From assembly GCA_963806035.1 (NCBI GenBank), contig CAWDWO010000035.1, positions 43,702 to 107,701 on the forward strand: a DNA stretch of 64,000 nucleotides. Reading direction: 5' to 3'. A program made the position numbers and the translations under genes. Shown here in pieces: positions 60,068 through 64,000 of the stretch (positions are counted from its first letter, which is position 1; every line of letters begins with the position of its first letter). The notes under the pieces were generated by a model, which saw nothing but the letters and a program-made list of their open reading frames with translations, had not been told where the DNA came from and did no database searches. Source of the DNA: Candidatus Krumholzibacteriota bacterium. Its GTDB lineage: Bacteria; Krumholzibacteriota; Krumholzibacteriia; JAJRXK01.

Positions 60068-60887
60068 ATGTCGAAAACTCTCGCGTTCTTTCTGCATCTC
60101 TTTCTCCTCTTCGCCCTCGCGCTCTCCGCCTGGTGCGGACCGGCGTTCGCCCAGGATTCAGCGCGGCCCGCGAGCGCGAGCGCCCAGGTGGCTCCGCATC
60201 CGCCCTTTCCCTTCACGCCGCGGACATTTCGAGCGAGCTTGGCAGGAGGCGGGGAGCAAGCAGACTCTGCTCGGCCTGGGCATCGGCCTCGGCGCCAGTC
60301 TGTGCGCGCTCCCCGGGGACGACGAGATCTCGGATCGCTTCTACGAGCAGAAGCCGCTGGGCCCCGACGCGCACCGGATCGGGCGCGAGATGGGACACCG
60401 GAAGTATGTCGCCCTGATGAGCCTGGGACTCACCGCTTCGGGACAGTTGATCGGCAACCGGAAGATCCGGGATACCGGGATACTCTACCTGGAATCCAAC
60501 CTCATCACGGCCGGATTCACCACTCTCTTGAAGAAGGGGGTCGGCAGGGTTCGACCCGACGAGAGCAACCGCCACAGCTTCCCTTCGGGGCACGCCAGCG
60601 CCGCCATGGCCTCAGCCAGGGTCCTCCAGATGCGCTTCGGCTGGTGGGTGGGCGCGCCCGCCTACGCGGCGGCCGGCTACATCGGCCTCTCGCGCGTGCA
60701 GGGCAAGAAACACTACCTGAGTGACGTGATCTTCGGCTGGACGCTGGGCTATACCGTGAGTTCGATCCTGGTCAAGGCCTACGAGCCGCGCTCCGGCGAG
60801 TCGGAACCGGGCTCCCCATCGGTGGCCTGGCTCCCTCCGCCGGATGCTTCGGACTTCGGCTTGCCCTTTTTGCGGGTCCGCTTCTGA
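60068..60887 (+). CDS. PAP2-family phosphatase, frameshift near 60225
   Basis: K..VGRVRP, SFPSGH, SRVQGKKHYLSDV; signal peptide from ATG 60068 lies in the adjacent frame. Confidence 0.85.
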
Positions 60888-60895
60888 TCCTTCCC

Positions 60896-60911
60896 TGGCA
60901 CGTCCCGTGCT
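60896..60911 (+). promoter_or_regulatory. Putative sigma54 promoter
   Basis: TGGCAC-GTCCC-GTGCT, GG-N10-GC spacing. Confidence 0.5.
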
Positions 60912-61047
60912 GTTTTGATTCGAATGCTCAGGGGGGCACGCCGGGGACGGAAACGCCATTTACGGGAACAACCAGACTCCCAGCAGCCTGTCGATCCTCG
61001 GCAAGCCTCGGCGCCAGCATGCCGGTCCTTCGCTGTGGCGGGCGCTG

Positions 61048-62457
61048 GTGGTGGCGGTCCTCAGCGCGGTGGTCGGAGGCATCGTGCTGGGAGTCACTTT
61101 CCGCCCCGATCCCAACGGCGAAGAGTTCGATCTCAGCTACCACATCAAGGTCGTCGACGCGAAAAACAGCGTGCTCGAAGTGCGCGTGAAGGCTTCGCAC
61201 ATGAAAGCGCGCAACCTCTATCTGACGACCGCGAGCACGGATGCGCAGGACTCCCATCTTCCCGCGCGCATTCGCTTGCGCGAGGCGCGAAACGCCGCCG
61301 GGACTTCGGCCTCGGTCGAGCGCGGTGAGAATCACTGGAAGATCAGAGCCAAAGGCGGCGGGGTGGAACTCCGCTACGAGATCTGGCTGAAAGCGGGGCT
61401 CGCCGGGGGGGAATTCGCGCAGCAGACCCTGAGCCACATCGACGAGCACGGCGCCCGTCTGGTGGGAAGCGATCTCTTCGTGTTTCCCGTCTTCGGCGCC
61501 CCGAAGAACATCCGGGTCAGCTATGAGCTACCCGATTCGTGGTCTCTGATCAATCCCTTCCAAACCGGCGCGAACACCGCGGTGTATCCCGACGTGAGGT
61601 CCCTCTACCATTCCGCCGTGGGCCTGGGCGAATACCGCATTCTCGAACGCACGGTGCGCGACTGCCGCCTGCGCCTGGCGATCCGCGGCAAGTACCGCTT
61701 CCTCGATCAGGACCTCCTGGACACCGTGAGCCAACTCGCGGCGGTGCAGATGGACATTTTCGGTGGAGCGCTGCGCAAGGAATACGTGTTCTTGGTGAAT
61801 CCCCATCCCCTCTCCGGGGATCCCGAGACCCTGCGCTACTTCGGGCTTCACTACGACGGGAGCATGATCCTGCTCATCGATTCCAATACCGACCGCAATC
61901 GTCTGCAGAAAGAGCCCGCGCAGCTCTGCGCTCACGAGTTCTATCACAACTGGTGCGGGGAATTGATCGGCCAGCACCGCTACGACATGAACTGGTTCAT
62001 CGAAGGAGTGACCGAGTTCTACGCCTATCAGACCCGGCTCGAGGCCAAGATCATGAGCTTCGCCGAGTACGCAAGGGTGCTCAACGAACGCTATCACACG
62101 GAATTCGAATCCAGCCCGTTGCGGGGAAAAACGAGTCTTGCCGACGCCGGTAAGGAAGTGCTCGTCGACCAAGAGACCACCCGATTCATGTACAGCTGCG
62201 GCCTCTTCGTGGCTTCCGCGCTCGACGCCGAGATCGACGAGCTCTCGCAACAGAAGTACAGCCTCGACGATCTCATGTTCCGCTTGGCGCAGAAGGCCTC
62301 GAAGGACCCGAAGTTCGTTCTCACGCGCCAGACCCTGGAGACCACTCTTTTAGAACTGACCGGCTTCGACTTTCACGACTGGCTGCAGAGCTACGTCTAT
62401 TCCACCCAGACACCGCGACTTCCCTCGTACATCACTCGAGAAATGGCGATGCGCTGA
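61048..62457 (+). CDS. M61/M1-like gluzincin metallopeptidase with N-terminal anchor
   Basis: AHEFYHNW and WFIEGVTEFY; YSCG..LD..I; true start probably further upstream. Confidence 0.82.
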   Translation: MVAVLSAVVGGIVLGVTFRPDPNGEEFDLSYHIKVVDAKNSVLEVRVKASHMKARNLYLTTASTDAQDSHLPARIRLREARNAAGTSASVERGENHWKIRAKGGGVELRYEIWLKAGLAGGEFAQQTLSHIDEHGARLVGSDLFVFPVFGAPKNIRVSYELPDSWSLINPFQTGANTAVYPDVRSLYHSAVGLGEYRILERTVRDCRLRLAIRGKYRFLDQDLLDTVSQLAAVQMDIFGGALRKEYVFLVNPHPLSGDPETLRYFGLHYDGSMILLIDSNTDRNRLQKEPAQLCAHEFYHNWCGELIGQHRYDMNWFIEGVTEFYAYQTRLEAKIMSFAEYARVLNERYHTEFESSPLRGKTSLADAGKEVLVDQETTRFMYSCGLFVASALDAEIDELSQQKYSLDDLMFRLAQKASKDPKFVLTRQTLETTLLELTGFDFHDWLQSYVYSTQTPRLPSYITREMAMR

Positions 62458-62468
62458 GGTCCGAGCCC

Positions 62469-63494
62469 TCATTCCATCTGTTCGATCCTGCGCATCATCA
62501 CTCCGCCCTGCATGAAGTCGAGGTAGTTCTCGTAGGGCGCGCTGCGGTCGTCCAGATCCTCGAGCAGTTCCACCGGCACTTGAGAGCTGACGGCCTCCCA
62601 GTTGCCCTCGAGCTGCTCGATGGTGCGCGGTCCGATGATCGCGCTGGTAACGAGTTCCTGGCTGAGCACCCAATCCAGGGCAATCGCCACCGGACTCGTG
62701 TCCAGTTCGGCGGCCTTTTGCTTGAGCAATTCGATGATCTCGAAATTCTGCTTCGTCCACATGCGCTCGCGCCAGGAGTACATGACGTCGTCCTTGGTGG
62801 GAGCGCTCATCCTCGAACCCTCGGGGCCCCCTTCGTAGGAGTACTTCCCCGCCAGCAGCCCAAATGCCAGAGGGCTCCAAGCCAAGATCCCCAGCTCGTA
62901 TTCCTCGCAAGCCGGCAATAGTCCCACTTCGATGTCGCGGCAGAGGAGGTTGTACTGCGGCTGGGTAACGACGAAGCTCTCCAGTCCCTCCTGGCGCGCG
63001 CGCTCCATCGCCATCACGAGCTGCCAACCGGTGAAGTTGCAGCATCCCAGATAGCGCACTTTTCCCTGATGCACGAGATCACTCAGCGCGGAGAGCGTCT
63101 CCTCGATCGGGGTCAAGGGATCCCAGATGTGGACCTGATAGAGGTCGATGTAGTCGGTGTCCAAGCGCCGCAGCGAGTATTCCACCTGTTCGAAGATGTT
63201 CTTGCGGCTGAGACCGATCTGATTGGGGCCGTCACCCTCGGGAAAGAAGCACTTGGTGGCCAGAACGATTTTCTCTCTTCGCCCCTTGAGGAACTTGCCG
63301 ATGATCTCCTCGCTGCGACCCGCGGCGTAGCGGTTGGCAGTGTCGATGAAATTCCCGCCGCGATCGACGTAGGCGGCCAAGATGTCCAGACTGGTCTTCT
63401 CATCACAACCCCAGCGCTCGTTGCCGAAGTTCATGGTGCCCAGACAGAGGGGATGCACCAAGAGACCAGTTCTGCCCAATAGTCGGTAGCTCAT
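62469..63494 (-). CDS. Aldo/keto reductase
   Basis: LCLGTMNFG, IDTANRY, LATK, SLRRLDTDYIDLY..H, GKVRYLG, WSPLAFG. Confidence 0.96.
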   Translation of the reverse strand: MSYRLLGRTGLLVHPLCLGTMNFGNERWGCDEKTSLDILAAYVDRGGNFIDTANRYAAGRSEEIIGKFLKGRREKIVLATKCFFPEGDGPNQIGLSRKNIFEQVEYSLRRLDTDYIDLYQVHIWDPLTPIEETLSALSDLVHQGKVRYLGCCNFTGWQLVMAMERARQEGLESFVVTQPQYNLLCRDIEVGLLPACEEYELGILAWSPLAFGLLAGKYSYEGGPEGSRMSAPTKDDVMYSWRERMWTKQNFEIIELLKQKAAELDTSPVAIALDWVLSQELVTSAIIGPRTIEQLEGNWEAVSSQVPVELLEDLDDRSAPYENYLDFMQGGVMMRRIEQME

Positions 63495-63606
63495 CGTAAG
63501 ACTCCTGCTGACAGGGAATTCGGGTAGCCGGAAGAGAATTGTAGCCTCGGGTCGAGGCAGATGTCATCCTCTCGACTCTCAGTCGATCGAAGGAGAATTC
63601 GCGCAG

Positions 63607-64000
63607 ATGCTCTACGGAATTCTACCGGTGGCCGAAGCCCTCAGACAGAGGCGGCGCCAGCTCACCCGGCTCTACTTGAAGTCCGGGATCTCCTCGGCTC
63701 GCATCAAGGAGATCCTGCAGCTCGCGCGCGCCGCCAAGGTGCCTTACGAGGAGAAATCCGCGCACGAGCTCAGTAGTCTGGCCAAGAGCCGCCACCACCA
63801 GGGCGTGGTGCTGCAGTGCGGACCGCTGCCGCTTCTCTCCTTGGAGGAGGTGGAGGCCGGCCCGGGCACGCGCTCCTTGCTGGTGGCGCTCGACCAGATC
63901 GAGGATCCGCAGAATTTGGGGGGAATCGCGCGCTCGGCCGCGTTTTTGGGAGCCGATGCAATGCTCGTGCTTCGCTCCCACTCGGCCCCCCTCTCGCCGG
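63607..64000 (+). CDS. rlmB: TrmH/SpoU family 23S rRNA methyltransferase (RlmB-like), runs off window end
   Basis: Translated by hand: MLYGILPVAEAL.., HHQGVV, LDQIEDPQNLGGIARSA. Confidence 0.88.
   Translation, partial: MLYGILPVAEALRQRRRQLTRLYLKSGISSARIKEILQLARAAKVPYEEKSAHELSSLAKSRHHQGVVLQCGPLPLLSLEEVEAGPGTRSLLVALDQIEDPQNLGGIARSAAFLGADAMLVLRSHSAPLSP

Overview
High-GC chromosomal window from a diderm bacterium. LPS glycosyltransferases, outer-membrane barrels, a PorX homologue, a FlgD/T9SS-like C-terminal domain and a C-terminal SWGxxK motif suggest a non-Bacteroidota FCB-group lineage such as Krumholzibacteriota/Eisenbacteria (inference). It holds about 55 genes, mostly housekeeping (ROK kinase, folC, accD, rimI-tsaB-tsaE, serS, pyrFE, tmk, rsmI, nadE, trkAH, ltaE, HU, rsgA, Mrp, rlmB). 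No rRNA, tRNA, CRISPR array or mobile element was seen. The standout is a five-gene minus-strand operon at 44950-55923. It encodes a 1452-aa secreted protein of four Ig-OB-OB repeats with a sorting-type CTD and no visible catalytic domain, a PorV/PorP-like barrel, a ComEA-type helix-hairpin-helix protein fused to a beta-barrel, a FadL-like barrel and an exported 5'-nucleotidase. Together these look like a surface system for capturing and using extracellular nucleic acid. Other points: a candidate orphan structured ncRNA (about 13773-14002), a GT-C/VanY fusion, a stand-alone Clp D2 ATPase with an IGF loop, a DUF4114 protein with a possible novel C-terminal sorting motif, three sigma54-like promoters, and at least four single-base frameshifts (folC, porX, CDP-alcohol phosphatidyltransferase, PAP2) that are most likely sequencing indels. 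All calls come from reading motifs by eye; no database searches were run.
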